Below are positions 41,821-54,163 of a stretch of DNA of 64,000 nt, in pieces. How positions within the stretch are numbered: position 1 is the first letter of the stretch; each line of letters starts with the position of its first letter. Origin of the DNA: Candidatus Iainarchaeum sp. (GTDB taxonomy: Archaea > Iainarchaeota > Iainarchaeia > Iainarchaeales > VGJJ01); NCBI GenBank assembly GCA_016699555.1, contig CP064981.1:247876-311875 (forward strand). The letters run 5' to 3'. A program made the translations under genes and the position numbers. The notes under the pieces are model-generated. The model saw only the letters and a program-made list of their open reading frames with translations. It had not been told where the DNA came from and ran no database searches.

Positions 41821-42810
41821 TGCGCGCGCAGGAGAAGAAGGGGCTTTCTGCACGGAAGGAGAAACACCTACGACCTTGAATTGATTGCCAGGAGAAGGAG
41901 TCATGAGATGGAATCCGATCCATGCAACCGCTTTCAATGCCGCGTGCAAGGGCAGAGCCATGAGCGTCGCCGCTTGGTATGTCCCCGGCAACTGGCGGAA
42001 CTGGCTGCGCAATTCCTTGTCGCGTGCCATCGCGTGGACGTGCTTGTGGGTTCCGATGGGGTAAGCCTCTTTCACGTCTTTGGGGTGGAAGTGCTGTTCC
42101 AACTGATACAATCCCATCATGCGCTGGACGCGTCTTTCGGCCCATCCCATGAACGACTTTGGAGTTTGGACAATCGTAAAGGCGTGGGGGTGCGTTTCCA
42201 CATTGTCCATGCCCAAATACATCTCCATCCACAAATCGTGATTGATGATCTCCTCGGGGATGCGCATTCCCTTGGCGTCCTTTCCGCGGATAGCCATTAA
42301 TGCGGTGGGATAATCTTGCGTCCCGATGCTGGAGAGGGATAACTCGCTCATTCCGAACAAGAGGTGATCCAACAAGGAGTTGGTCATGGGAGGCAACGCC
42401 AATGTGTTCGCGGAAACGGCCTTGAGCTTCTTGTTGGAGTTGAGCATGTATGTCAAGTCCGAAATGGTCTCCTTCTGCACTTCCGCATCCGCATCCAAGA
42501 ACAAAACGACGTCGTTCGCACCCAATGAGTGATCACGCTCTACTTTGTCCATCAGCGTGTTGATCGCACGCGTCTTGCCGGGAACCCATTCCGTTACAAT
42601 GTCCAAATTCTTGTGTTTCTGTTTCAGGGACTCGAGCACTTCGAGCGTGTTATCCGTGCACGCGTTGGCGCAGACCATCACGTGGAGGTTGTTTCCCTTT
42701 TCGAGGTCCGAATCATAAACGGCATCCAGGGCAGACGGCAAAGTTTCAGCGCGGTTGTGCGCCGGCAATAGCACAATCACGTCGTTTTGGGAGGAAGCAT
42801 TGGGTTTCAT
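41818..42810 (-). CDS. Family 2 glycosyltransferase adjacent to carotenoid genes
   Basis: 330 aa. VIVLLPAHNRAETL, VMVCANACTDNT, LFLDADAEV (DxD). Confidence 0.8.
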   Translation of the reverse strand: MKPNASSQNDVIVLLPAHNRAETLPSALDAVYDSDLEKGNNLHVMVCANACTDNTLEVLESLKQKHKNLDIVTEWVPGKTRAINTLMDKVERDHSLGANDVVLFLDADAEVQKETISDLTYMLNSNKKLKAVSANTLALPPMTNSLLDHLLFGMSELSLSSIGTQDYPTALMAIRGKDAKGMRIPEEIINHDLWMEMYLGMDNVETHPHAFTIVQTPKSFMGWAERRVQRMMGLYQLEQHFHPKDVKEAYPIGTHKHVHAMARDKELRSQFRQLPGTYQAATLMALPLHAALKAVAWIGFHLMTPSPGNQFKVVGVSPSVQKAPSSPARA

Positions 42811-42929
42811 GCTTTTAAGAAAAATTTTGCCTTTTTAATGGTAGCTTTTTCCGACGCACAAAACAACCCCAAATCAGCCCTTTGGAGGCAAATGGGGGAT
42901 TTTTAACCTTCAATGGTCCCCTTAGCTGC

Positions 42930-43136
42930 ATGGAACGTATGATGAAAGGAGCAGCAGTGTTGATAGCGGCATCCATCCTATTCTGGGCGCTCAATACGCC
43001 TGTCCATTGGTTCGCCGTCATCGTGTTGCTGGCCATTATCCTCTACGTGCTATTCGCCAATCCTCTCGGAAAACACCATCTCGCGAAAACGAAAAAGCCG
43101 ACCAAGAAGAAACGAAAATCAACGCGCAAGAAGTGA
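42930..43136 (+). CDS. Small two-TM membrane protein with polybasic tail
   Basis: From ATG 42930: MERMMKGAAVLIAASILFWAL...FAVIVLLAIILYVLF...KTKKPTKKKRKSTRKK. The track ORF starts at TTG 42882. Confidence 0.45.
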   Translation: MERMMKGAAVLIAASILFWALNTPVHWFAVIVLLAIILYVLFANPLGKHHLAKTKKPTKKKRKSTRKK

Positions 43137-43592
43137 TCATTTGGTGGTGCGCGCACGCCCCCTCTTCGGAGCAAGCCGATCGATGCGCCACCTTGCATAC
43201 TCTTTTTCGATCGTCTTGAGTCTGGTCGTTGCAGCGACCTTGCGCTCATGCAACGCACGCACGAGCTTGACGATCGGGGCCAATTTCGGTTCAGAAATGC
43301 GTCCTTGCACCATCGCTCTTCCACGCCGCTGAAGCGGTTTCAATTCCTTCTCTATTTTTGCGATCTCATTTTTCGTTTTCTGCATCGCATCAAAGAATGA
43401 TTCGCGCCTGTTCCGATTCTCCTCCGCGCGTTTGCGGCGTGCCGCTGCCATTTGTTTTGGCGTAGTGGAATGCAGTTCGGCGCTCAATTCTATTGCACGC
43501 GCACGGCGTATGGGTGCAGGGACTAGGTCGGCTAAACTGCGCTTGCCCAATAGCTTGCGCGCGGCAAAACGCAAATGACGGATTGGTTTCAT
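43137..43592 (-). CDS. Highly basic hypothetical protein (151 aa), predicted helical
   Basis: R/K-rich with no recognisable motif. Opposite-strand ORFs are short and low-complexity. Confidence 0.5.
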   Translation of the reverse strand: MKPIRHLRFAARKLLGKRSLADLVPAPIRRARAIELSAELHSTTPKQMAAARRKRAEENRNRRESFFDAMQKTKNEIAKIEKELKPLQRRGRAMVQGRISEPKLAPIVKLVRALHERKVAATTRLKTIEKEYARWRIDRLAPKRGRARTTK

Positions 43593-43630
43593 TCACCAAT
43601 GGGGGCAAGCCCGCAATAAAAAGCACTGGG

Positions 43631-44458
43631 CTAGATGAAACCCGGATTGCGCGTGCGAACGGGTTTTGTAGCGGGAGTTGAAATTTTTTCTTCCGCCGTT
43701 TTCGTTTCCGCCTTTTGTTGTTTGGATTCTTTTGCAATAGACGCCGGAACCGTTTTAGGTTTTGCAATCGCTTTCATCGCTTTCGTTTTCGGCGTTGCTT
43801 GTTTGGGTGAAGCCGAGACATTCGATGCTGTCGCAATCATCATGGGCGGTTCTGCTCTGGGTTGAACCGCTTCCGTTTTTGTTACGTTTTCCACTGCAAC
43901 GGGTTTGGCTTTTTCAGCTTTGGGAGCGGCAACGGGTTTTGCTTTGATGATTTTCTTCTTGGGCTTCGCTTTTTGTTTTGCTTTTGCGATCGCAGGAATT
44001 GCTTTTGGTTGCACGACAATGGCTTCCGTCTTCACATCCACTATGGGCTGTGGCTCAATCGCAGGAGGAACTGTTTCAACCGTTTTCACGGGCGTCGCTT
44101 TTTTGGCTTTCGCTTTGCGTTTCTTCTTCGCCATTACGACTGCGCCCTTGAACGCTTTCACTTTGGCCATTTTCTGTTTGACTGCGGGCGTTTCTTTTAC
44201 TGCGGCGGCTGCGACAAGTTCGATGGCCTCGTTCGAAAGTGCGGGCGTTGTGATCGTTTCTGTGACTGTGGTTGCTGCAGCGGTCGTGGTGTGGGGGTGG
44301 GAATGCACCTCATTGACCGTGCGCGTGCCGATGATGAGTTTGCGCAAGAGCGCGAGGAAGACGATCCCGCCGACGACAATGCCCCATTTCAGCAGTGAAA
44401 CGCCAAAAAAGGTCGTGGCGAATGTCCAAGTGAGAGGGTTCCAATCCATGGGGATCAC
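43631..44458 (-). CDS. N-terminally anchored protein with long Ala/Lys/Pro-rich low-complexity region
   Basis: 275 aa. TM FFGVSLLKWGIVVGGIVFLALL, then AKKKRKAKAKKATPVK...KAKQKAKPKKKIIKAKPVAAPKAEKAKP. Antisense ORFs 43862..44398 and 43905..44492 are mirror-image low-complexity. Confidence 0.55.
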   Translation of the reverse strand: MIPMDWNPLTWTFATTFFGVSLLKWGIVVGGIVFLALLRKLIIGTRTVNEVHSHPHTTTAAATTVTETITTPALSNEAIELVAAAAVKETPAVKQKMAKVKAFKGAVVMAKKKRKAKAKKATPVKTVETVPPAIEPQPIVDVKTEAIVVQPKAIPAIAKAKQKAKPKKKIIKAKPVAAPKAEKAKPVAVENVTKTEAVQPRAEPPMMIATASNVSASPKQATPKTKAMKAIAKPKTVPASIAKESKQQKAETKTAEEKISTPATKPVRTRNPGFI

Positions 44459-44519
44459 GCGTAATGCCTATTTCCCCAACGAAAAACCCTAAAAAGGGGA
44501 ATAGTGTGGTTCTGTGCAT

Positions 44520-44801
44520 ATGGCTTTCCGCGCAGAAAAATCACCCCTCCATCCCGGCGTCTATGTGCTGGCCGGCGTCGCCATCGGTAGCGCAATCTCT
44601 TTCGCCAGCGCAGGCCGGCCCGCATTTGCCCTCCTTCTCATCAGCATCTTGGGGCTCATCGTCATGCTGGGAATGTGGTATTTCCGCGAAGGCGACGTCC
44701 CCATCGGCGAAAAGAAGCGCCACCACCACTCCTTAGAACACGTTTCTTCGGCATTGCGCGAGAATGCGTGGGACGCCCCTATTGAGATGAAGCGAAAGTG
44801 A
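44520..44801 (+). CDS. Small two-TM membrane protein
   Basis: From ATG 44520 (track ORF starts at GTG 44514). GVYVLAGVAIGSAISFA and FALLLISILGLIVMLGMWYF. Confidence 0.45.
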   Translation: MAFRAEKSPLHPGVYVLAGVAIGSAISFASAGRPAFALLLISILGLIVMLGMWYFREGDVPIGEKKRHHHSLEHVSSALRENAWDAPIEMKRK

Positions 44802-44868
44802 GGTTTTGTGGCCCATTCGCGTGCCAATTTGCCCATTATCCGTCCGGATCGCCTACACAAGCGCTGCC

Positions 44869-44875
44869 TTTATAA
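44869..44875 (+). promoter_or_regulatory. TATA box upstream of the RNA polymerase operon (rpoH)
   Basis: GCCTTTATAACCG is the only TATA-like element in the 222-nt gap before rpoH. Confidence 0.4.
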
Positions 44876-45023
44876 CCGTTTCTTGCGCTTTTTCTCTTAT
44901 CCGTTGAGGAAATGGGTTTTGGGTCGCGCGCGAGCAAGGGAAAACATCTTTTAGTGTTTACAAGTCCGTCCAATGACGGCTCCCCATGCGACAGAAATCC
45001 GCAACACAGGCAGGTCGAGTCGC

Positions 45024-45254
45024 ATGCTGAAAGCATTATCGGAACACCACTTAGTACCCCAACACGAATTATTGAAAAAAGACGAAGCAAAGAATTTGCT
45101 CGCACAGTTTGGTTTGGACGTTGACAAACTCCCTCGCATTTCTCTCGAAGACCCCATGTGCACGGAATTGAAAGCCGGCATTGGCGACGTCATTCGCATT
45201 GTTCGAAGATCTCCCGTTGCAGGAGACACAATCTACTACCGGAGAGTGGTGTAA
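45024..45254 (+). CDS. rpoH: DNA-directed RNA polymerase subunit H (Rpo5)
   Basis: HHLVPQHELLKKDEAKNLL...LPRISLEDP...GDVIRIVRRSPVAGDTIYYRRVV. ATG 45024 gives the usual ~76 aa; an upstream in-frame ATG at 44973 is possible. Confidence 0.9.
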   Translation: MLKALSEHHLVPQHELLKKDEAKNLLAQFGLDVDKLPRISLEDPMCTELKAGIGDVIRIVRRSPVAGDTIYYRRVV

Positions 45255-46730
45255 ATGGCTTTGATGCGCGACACGGACGTATTGCTCGAAAATTGGTTCA
45301 AGTACAAGAACTTCGCACAAATGGAAATCGACTCCTACAACCAGTTCGTGGACAAGCACTTGCAGTCCATCGTGAACGAGAACAAATCCATCGTTCCAAA
45401 AATCGAAGAAGTGCGCATCGAGTTGGAAGACATCGAAGTCCTCAAACCCCGCATCGTGGAAGCAGACGGATCTCCGCGCAATGAATTCTTCCCCATGGAA
45501 GCGCGCATCCGCAACCGAACATATTCCTCTCCATTATTCCTCACCATGCGCCTGCTGCGCCGCGACGTCGAACAAGACGTGAAAAAGACTTACATCGGCG
45601 AATTGCCCACCATGCTCAAGTCAAAACTCTGCCATTTGCAGGGGAAGACCGATGAAGAATTGATCGCCGTGGGAGAAGACCCCATGGATTTCGGCGGTTA
45701 CTTCGTCATCAACGGAAGCGAGAAAGCACTCACTTCGCAAGAAGTCCTTTCTTCCGACAGAATTCTCGTGAACGAAAGCGCATCCGACAAGATCAACGCC
45801 GAAGTTATTTCGACGAAAGGAGCATTCAAAGGACGCGTACGCGTGACACGCAGCAAAGACGGAATGCTCTCGGTTTCATTCCCTGCTTCTCCACGCAAGC
45901 TGCGCTTGTTCGGATTGTTGATGGCATTGGGATTGAAGAACGAAAAAGAAATGCGCGGTGCCTTTCCCGAAATCGCAGACATCATGAACGATGTCATGAT
46001 CAACCTCGAAGCCAACGACGTCAAAGACGAAGAAGAAGCGCTGGATCGCATCGGTAAATATGTGGCACCGGGACAAGTCATCGACTATCGTCTTCGCCGC
46101 GCACAGGAAGTCATCGACGCGTTTTTGTTGCCTCACATCGGCACGACGAAAGAAGACCGCCGCGCCAAAGCCTATTATCTCGCGACCATGGCCACGCGCG
46201 CCATGGAAAAAGCCTACAATTTGCGTAGCATGGACGATCGCGATCACTATGCGAATAAGCGCTTGGAATTGAGCGGAAAGCTGATGGAACACCTGTTCCG
46301 ACACTCCTTCAAGTACTTCATCAAGGACTTGACATTCCAGATCGATCGCACCGTCACGCGCCGCAGAAAATTGAACATCTCCACCGTCGTAAGACCCGGG
46401 GCATTGAGCGAACGCATCAAGTTCGGCATGTCAACCGGAAATTGGATCGGAAGAAGCACGGGTGTCTCCCGCTTCATGGACCGTGTGAATTATTTGGGCC
46501 CTCTGACAGAGTTCAGAAAAGTGAAGTCTCCACTCAATAAGATGCGCGAATTGTATGAAGCGCGCGACGTCCACGGAACCCACTGGGGACGCTTATGCTG
46601 CATCGAAACGCCCGATGGACCCCAATGTGGATTGGTCAAGAACCTGGGATTGTTCGCCGAAGTCACTCTCGACTCGGACCCCGAGCCCGTTGAAAAGTTG
46701 TTGAAGAGCATGGATGTGCACTTGAAATAA
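45255..46730 (+). CDS. rpoB2: DNA-directed RNA polymerase subunit B'' (N-terminal half of split Rpo2)
   Basis: 491 aa. Starts directly after the rpoH stop. GGYFVINGSEKALTSQE, ANKRLELSGKLM, HWGRLCCIETPDGPQCGLVKNL. Confidence 0.97.
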   Translation: MALMRDTDVLLENWFKYKNFAQMEIDSYNQFVDKHLQSIVNENKSIVPKIEEVRIELEDIEVLKPRIVEADGSPRNEFFPMEARIRNRTYSSPLFLTMRLLRRDVEQDVKKTYIGELPTMLKSKLCHLQGKTDEELIAVGEDPMDFGGYFVINGSEKALTSQEVLSSDRILVNESASDKINAEVISTKGAFKGRVRVTRSKDGMLSVSFPASPRKLRLFGLLMALGLKNEKEMRGAFPEIADIMNDVMINLEANDVKDEEEALDRIGKYVAPGQVIDYRLRRAQEVIDAFLLPHIGTTKEDRRAKAYYLATMATRAMEKAYNLRSMDDRDHYANKRLELSGKLMEHLFRHSFKYFIKDLTFQIDRTVTRRRKLNISTVVRPGALSERIKFGMSTGNWIGRSTGVSRFMDRVNYLGPLTEFRKVKSPLNKMRELYEARDVHGTHWGRLCCIETPDGPQCGLVKNLGLFAEVTLDSDPEPVEKLLKSMDVHLK

Positions 46731-48562
46731 TGGAGGGGAAACCTATGGCTGGAATCGAAGGAAAAGTATTCGTAAACGGAAAGCTCATCGGATTTCACTC
46801 CGACCTGCACAAGCTGCGCAAAGAACTCGTTTCGAAACGCAGACAGGGAAAGATCGAGGCGCAGACCAATATCGCCTTGCACGAAGACATCCGTGAATTG
46901 TATCTCAACACCGACGGCGGACGCGTCCAGCGACCGCTCATCGTCGTCGAAAGCGGAAAACCACGCATCACGAAAGACACGATCAAAGCCGTGCGCGATG
47001 GGAAGCTGACGTGGAATGACCTGATCAACCAGGGATACATCGAATACCTCGATGCCGAAGAAGAAGAAAATGCCCACATCGCCTTGCGCGAAGAAGACGT
47101 CACGGACAAGACGACGCACTTGGAAGTCAATTCCTTGGGAATCTTCTCCATCATCACCAGCATGATCCCTTTTGCCGAACACAACTTGTCCGGAAGAACC
47201 CTGCACGGAGCGAAGATGTTCAAGCAGGCGCAAGGACTGACGGCGATCAACTACAACTTGCGCACGGACACGGAAAGCTACATGTTGTACTATCCCCAGC
47301 GCGAGATCGTGCGCACCAAGTCATTGGACTACTTGAAGACCGACTCCCGTCCTATGATCCAGAACTTTGTGGTTGCGATTATGCCCTACATGGGATTCAA
47401 TACCCTCGATGCCGTCGTATTGAACGGCGGCGCCGTCCAACGCGGACTCGGACGTTCGGCCTATTTCCGCAACTATGAAAGCGAAGAAACACGCTACCCC
47501 GGCGGACAAGTGGACAAATTCGAGATTCCCGCCGAAGAAGTCGTGGGACACATGGGCGAGGCTGCTTACAAGAAACTCGGCAGCGATGGATTGGCAGAAC
47601 TCGAAGAATGGGTCGAAGACAAAGACTCCATCATCGGAAAGACCTCTCCCCCACGCTTCTTGGAAGAAATCACCGACTTCGGTGTCATCCAAGAAAAGAG
47701 ACGCGAAGCCTCTCTCGGTCCCCGCAAAGGAAAGCCGGGCTATATCGACAAAGTCTTGCTGACCGAAGGGATGTCCGGCGCGCGCATCGCGAAGATCAAA
47801 GTACGCAGCTGCATGGTCCCCGAGGCCGGAGACAAATACGCATCCAAGCACGGACAAAAAGGTGTTGTCGGTGCCGTTGTCCCCGAAGAAGACATGCCTT
47901 TCACGCAAGAAGGATTGAAACCCGACCTGATCATGAATCCCCACGCCGTTCCAACGCGTATGACCATCGGACACATGCTCGAGATGCTGACGGGAAAAGC
48001 CGCCTCGCTCGCAGGCGTTACGGCAGACGGAACGCCCTTCAATGAAGATCCCGTCGACACCTACCGCCAGATCCTGAAGGCCTATGGATTCCGCCCCGAT
48101 GGGAAAGAAGCATTCTATGATGGAATGACCGGGAAGAAAATCGAGGGAGAAATCTACACCGGGGTCATCGCCTATCGTAGACTCTTCCACATGGTCTCGC
48201 ACAAGCAACAGGCTCGCTCACGCGGACCCGTGCAGATCCTCACGCGCCAACCCACCGAAGGAAAGGAAAAAGACGGTGGACTGCGCTTCGGTGAAATGGA
48301 AACCGAAACATTGGTGGGACACGGTGCTGCGATGTTGCTGCAAGAAAAACTCATCGAAGACTCCGATAAGGTCGTCGAGTTAGTATGCGAGAAATGCGGC
48401 TTGATCGCGGTCAACGACCAGATCCGTAAGAAGCGCTACTGCCCCAATTGCGAGACCTCGCAAGTCTATCCGGTGCAGATGAGCTACGGATTCAAGTTGC
48501 TGTTAGACGAACTCAAGGCCTTGGGAATCTATCCCAAGCTGACCTTGGCGGACAAGGCGTGA
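46730..48562 (+). CDS. rpoB1: DNA-directed RNA polymerase subunit B' (C-terminal half of split Rpo2)
   Basis: 610 aa. Start overlaps the B'' stop (TAATG). GDKYASKHGQKGVVG, NPHAVPTRMTIGHMLE, GGLRFGEMETETLVGHGAA, C-terminal Zn ribbon CEKCG...CPNC. Confidence 0.97.
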   Translation: MEGKPMAGIEGKVFVNGKLIGFHSDLHKLRKELVSKRRQGKIEAQTNIALHEDIRELYLNTDGGRVQRPLIVVESGKPRITKDTIKAVRDGKLTWNDLINQGYIEYLDAEEEENAHIALREEDVTDKTTHLEVNSLGIFSIITSMIPFAEHNLSGRTLHGAKMFKQAQGLTAINYNLRTDTESYMLYYPQREIVRTKSLDYLKTDSRPMIQNFVVAIMPYMGFNTLDAVVLNGGAVQRGLGRSAYFRNYESEETRYPGGQVDKFEIPAEEVVGHMGEAAYKKLGSDGLAELEEWVEDKDSIIGKTSPPRFLEEITDFGVIQEKRREASLGPRKGKPGYIDKVLLTEGMSGARIAKIKVRSCMVPEAGDKYASKHGQKGVVGAVVPEEDMPFTQEGLKPDLIMNPHAVPTRMTIGHMLEMLTGKAASLAGVTADGTPFNEDPVDTYRQILKAYGFRPDGKEAFYDGMTGKKIEGEIYTGVIAYRRLFHMVSHKQQARSRGPVQILTRQPTEGKEKDGGLRFGEMETETLVGHGAAMLLQEKLIEDSDKVVELVCEKCGLIAVNDQIRKKRYCPNCETSQVYPVQMSYGFKLLLDELKALGIYPKLTLADKA

Positions 48563-48577
48563 TAGGGGGAAACGACT

Positions 48578-52389
<3,812 letters not shown>

Positions 52390-52445
52390 TTTCCCCTTCA
52401 TGCCAACTTTGGGACATTTGGGCAGTTATCCGCTCTGAGGTCCCC

Positions 52446-52454
52446 AATTTATAT
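52446..52454 (+). promoter_or_regulatory. TATA box for rpl30e and downstream ribosomal genes
   Basis: AATTTATAT, ~60 nt upstream of ATG 52513, with GGAGGTG in between. Confidence 0.45.
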
Positions 52455-52512
52455 GCCTTTTCCAGGGGAAATTGCATATTCATATCCTGTGAAGCACTTG
52501 GAGGTGTGGAGA

Positions 52513-52917
52513 ATGGATGCCAATATTGAAATTCGTAGAGCAGTCGATACCGGAAAAGTCCTCTTTGGGACCCGCGAAAGCGAGTACTCCTTGAAGATGG
52601 GAGAAGGACAGATCCTCATCCTGCCCCAGAATACCCCTGTTTTGAACGTTGAAATGCTCACCCACGTTGCGAGCTTATCCAACATCCCGGTCTATCGCTT
52701 TAATGGGACTGCACTGGAACTCGGGAGCGTCTGCGGAAAGCCTTTTGTGATTTCATCCCTCTTGGTCCTGGACCAAGGAAAGAGCAAGGCCTCGGAATTG
52801 ACCAACGCCCCGCAAGCCGCCGCCCCTGAGCAGGTGTCTGAACATAACGAAGACGCCCCTGCCAAACCCAAGCGCGCACGCAAGAAGAAGGCCGTTGCCG
52901 AAGACGAGGAAAATTAG
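52513..52917 (+). CDS. rpl30e: Ribosomal protein eL30 (L30e) with ~45-aa charged C-terminal extension
   Basis: MDANIEIRRAVDTGKVLFGTRES...IPVYRFNGTALELGSVCGKPF. GGAGGTG at 52500-52506 and TATA AATTTATAT at 52446-52454 support ATG 52513 rather than the track start 52453. Confidence 0.9.
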   Translation: MDANIEIRRAVDTGKVLFGTRESEYSLKMGEGQILILPQNTPVLNVEMLTHVASLSNIPVYRFNGTALELGSVCGKPFVISSLLVLDQGKSKASELTNAPQAAAPEQVSEHNEDAPAKPKRARKKKAVAEDEEN

Positions 52918-52933
52918 GAGCATATAAAAAGCT

Positions 52934-53434
52934 TTGGCTGGCGAAAATAGTTATTCCCAGCCCCTAAGGCTGTCCAACGAGAAACACGAAAAAGGATTGA
53001 TACATTTGGGTTACGGAGAATTTGCCGCACGACAATTGGAAGACAAGCGCAGAAAATGGCGCATGAAAGACCCTTACCACAAGCGCCGCGTCTTACGTTT
53101 GAAAGAAAAGTTCGATCCCCTCGAGGGAAGCCCCCAAGCCAAAGCCATTGTCTTGGAAAAGCGCGGAGTCACGCAGAAGCAGCCCCACTCCGGAATCATG
53201 AAGTGTGTGCGCGTGCAGCTCATCAAGAACGGAAAGCAAGTAACGGCTTTCTGCCCCAAGGATGGAGCCATCAAGTTCGTGGATGAACACGACGAAGTCA
53301 TCATCGAAGGAATCGGCGGATCCCAGGGAGGACCATACGGTTCACAGTGGGGAGTCAAATACCGCGTGACCCACGTCAACGGACAAGCATTGCAGATGCT
53401 CCGCACAGGAAAGAAGGAGAAAGTCAAGCGATAA
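52934..53434 (+). CDS. rps12: Ribosomal protein uS12 (S12P)
   Basis: [50 protein letters not shown]. The start is uncertain: TTG 52934 in the track, or an alternative TTG at 52997. Confidence 0.92.
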   Translation: MAGENSYSQPLRLSNEKHEKGLIHLGYGEFAARQLEDKRRKWRMKDPYHKRRVLRLKEKFDPLEGSPQAKAIVLEKRGVTQKQPHSGIMKCVRVQLIKNGKQVTAFCPKDGAIKFVDEHDEVIIEGIGGSQGGPYGSQWGVKYRVTHVNGQALQMLRTGKKEKVKR

Positions 53435-53473
53435 ACGCATTGATTGGCTGGAATGGACTCGGAAGGGAATGCT

Positions 53474-54079
53474 ATGGATATCAAAGTTTTTGGGAAATGG
53501 GACACAAAGGACGTCAAGATCGCCGACATTACATTGAGCAAGCAGATCGGACTCGTTTCCAAGACCATTCCCCACACTTTTGGGAAAATGAAACAGCGCC
53601 CCTTCCAGAAGGAAAAGATGTTCATCGTCGAACGCTTGGTCAATAAAGTCATGCGCTCCGGACAAGGAAAAAGAAAACTCTCCGGAAAATACATCCGCGG
53701 ACGCGGTAGCTGCGGAAAGAAAATGTTCGCCATGCGCATCGTCGACGAAGCATTCGATATGATCCACGCCCAGACAGGACAGAACCCTATCCAGCTCTTG
53801 GTCCAAGCCGTTGAAAACGCCGCCCCACGCGAAGACGTCACACGCCTGAAGAAAGGCGGAGTCGCTTACACGCAAGCAGTGGACGTTGCACCATTGAAGC
53901 GATTGGATGAAAGCATCAAGAACATCGCATTGGCAGGATTCTACGGCAGTTTCAACAACAACACCCCCGCTTCCGAAGCCCTCGCGAAAGAGATCATCCA
54001 GACGGCGAAGAACGACAATAATTCCACTTCATTGAAGCGCCGCAACGAAATCGAACGCATTGCTCTCGCATCGCGATAA
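53474..54079 (+). CDS. rps7: Ribosomal protein uS7 (S7P)
   Basis: MDIKVFGKWDTKDVKI...IVERLVNKVMRSG...NPIQLLVQAVENAAPREDVTR. ATG 53474 is preceded by GGAAGGG; the track ORF starts at TTG 53444. Confidence 0.92.
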   Translation: MDIKVFGKWDTKDVKIADITLSKQIGLVSKTIPHTFGKMKQRPFQKEKMFIVERLVNKVMRSGQGKRKLSGKYIRGRGSCGKKMFAMRIVDEAFDMIHAQTGQNPIQLLVQAVENAAPREDVTRLKKGGVAYTQAVDVAPLKRLDESIKNIALAGFYGSFNNNTPASEALAKEIIQTAKNDNNSTSLKRRNEIERIALASR

Positions 54080-54118
54080 TGGCTCTCTTTTAGGCCATTA
54101 TTTTCCTTATTATTTCCG
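54078..54118 (+). terminator. Hairpin + T-rich tract immediately after rps7
   Basis: AATGGC-(10-nt loop)-GCCATT (54078-54099) overlapping the TAA stop, then ATTTTCCTTATTATTTCC. Confidence 0.5.
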
Positions 54119-54163
54119 ATTCGCTTCTGCAATCGTTATTAATTCCAGTCCAATTCCTGGTGC

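Noticed and set aside
43862-44492. Plus-strand ORFs of 178 and 195 aa, the latter very hydrophobic (membrane-protein-like)
   Set aside because: They are mirror images of the AAG/GCN-rich AKP-repeat gene on the minus strand (Lys/Ala codons read as Phe/Leu/Ala/Cys). The minus-strand frame has a sensible TM-plus-tail architecture. Low confidence either way is noted in the feature.
46490-48208. Long minus-strand ORFs (46490..47233, 46795..47250, 47321..48208, 47740..48060) over the RNA polymerase B' gene
   Set aside because: They are antisense shadows of rpoB1. Their sequences are not protein-like (Arg/Gly/Val/Asp runs), and they overlap each other in different frames.
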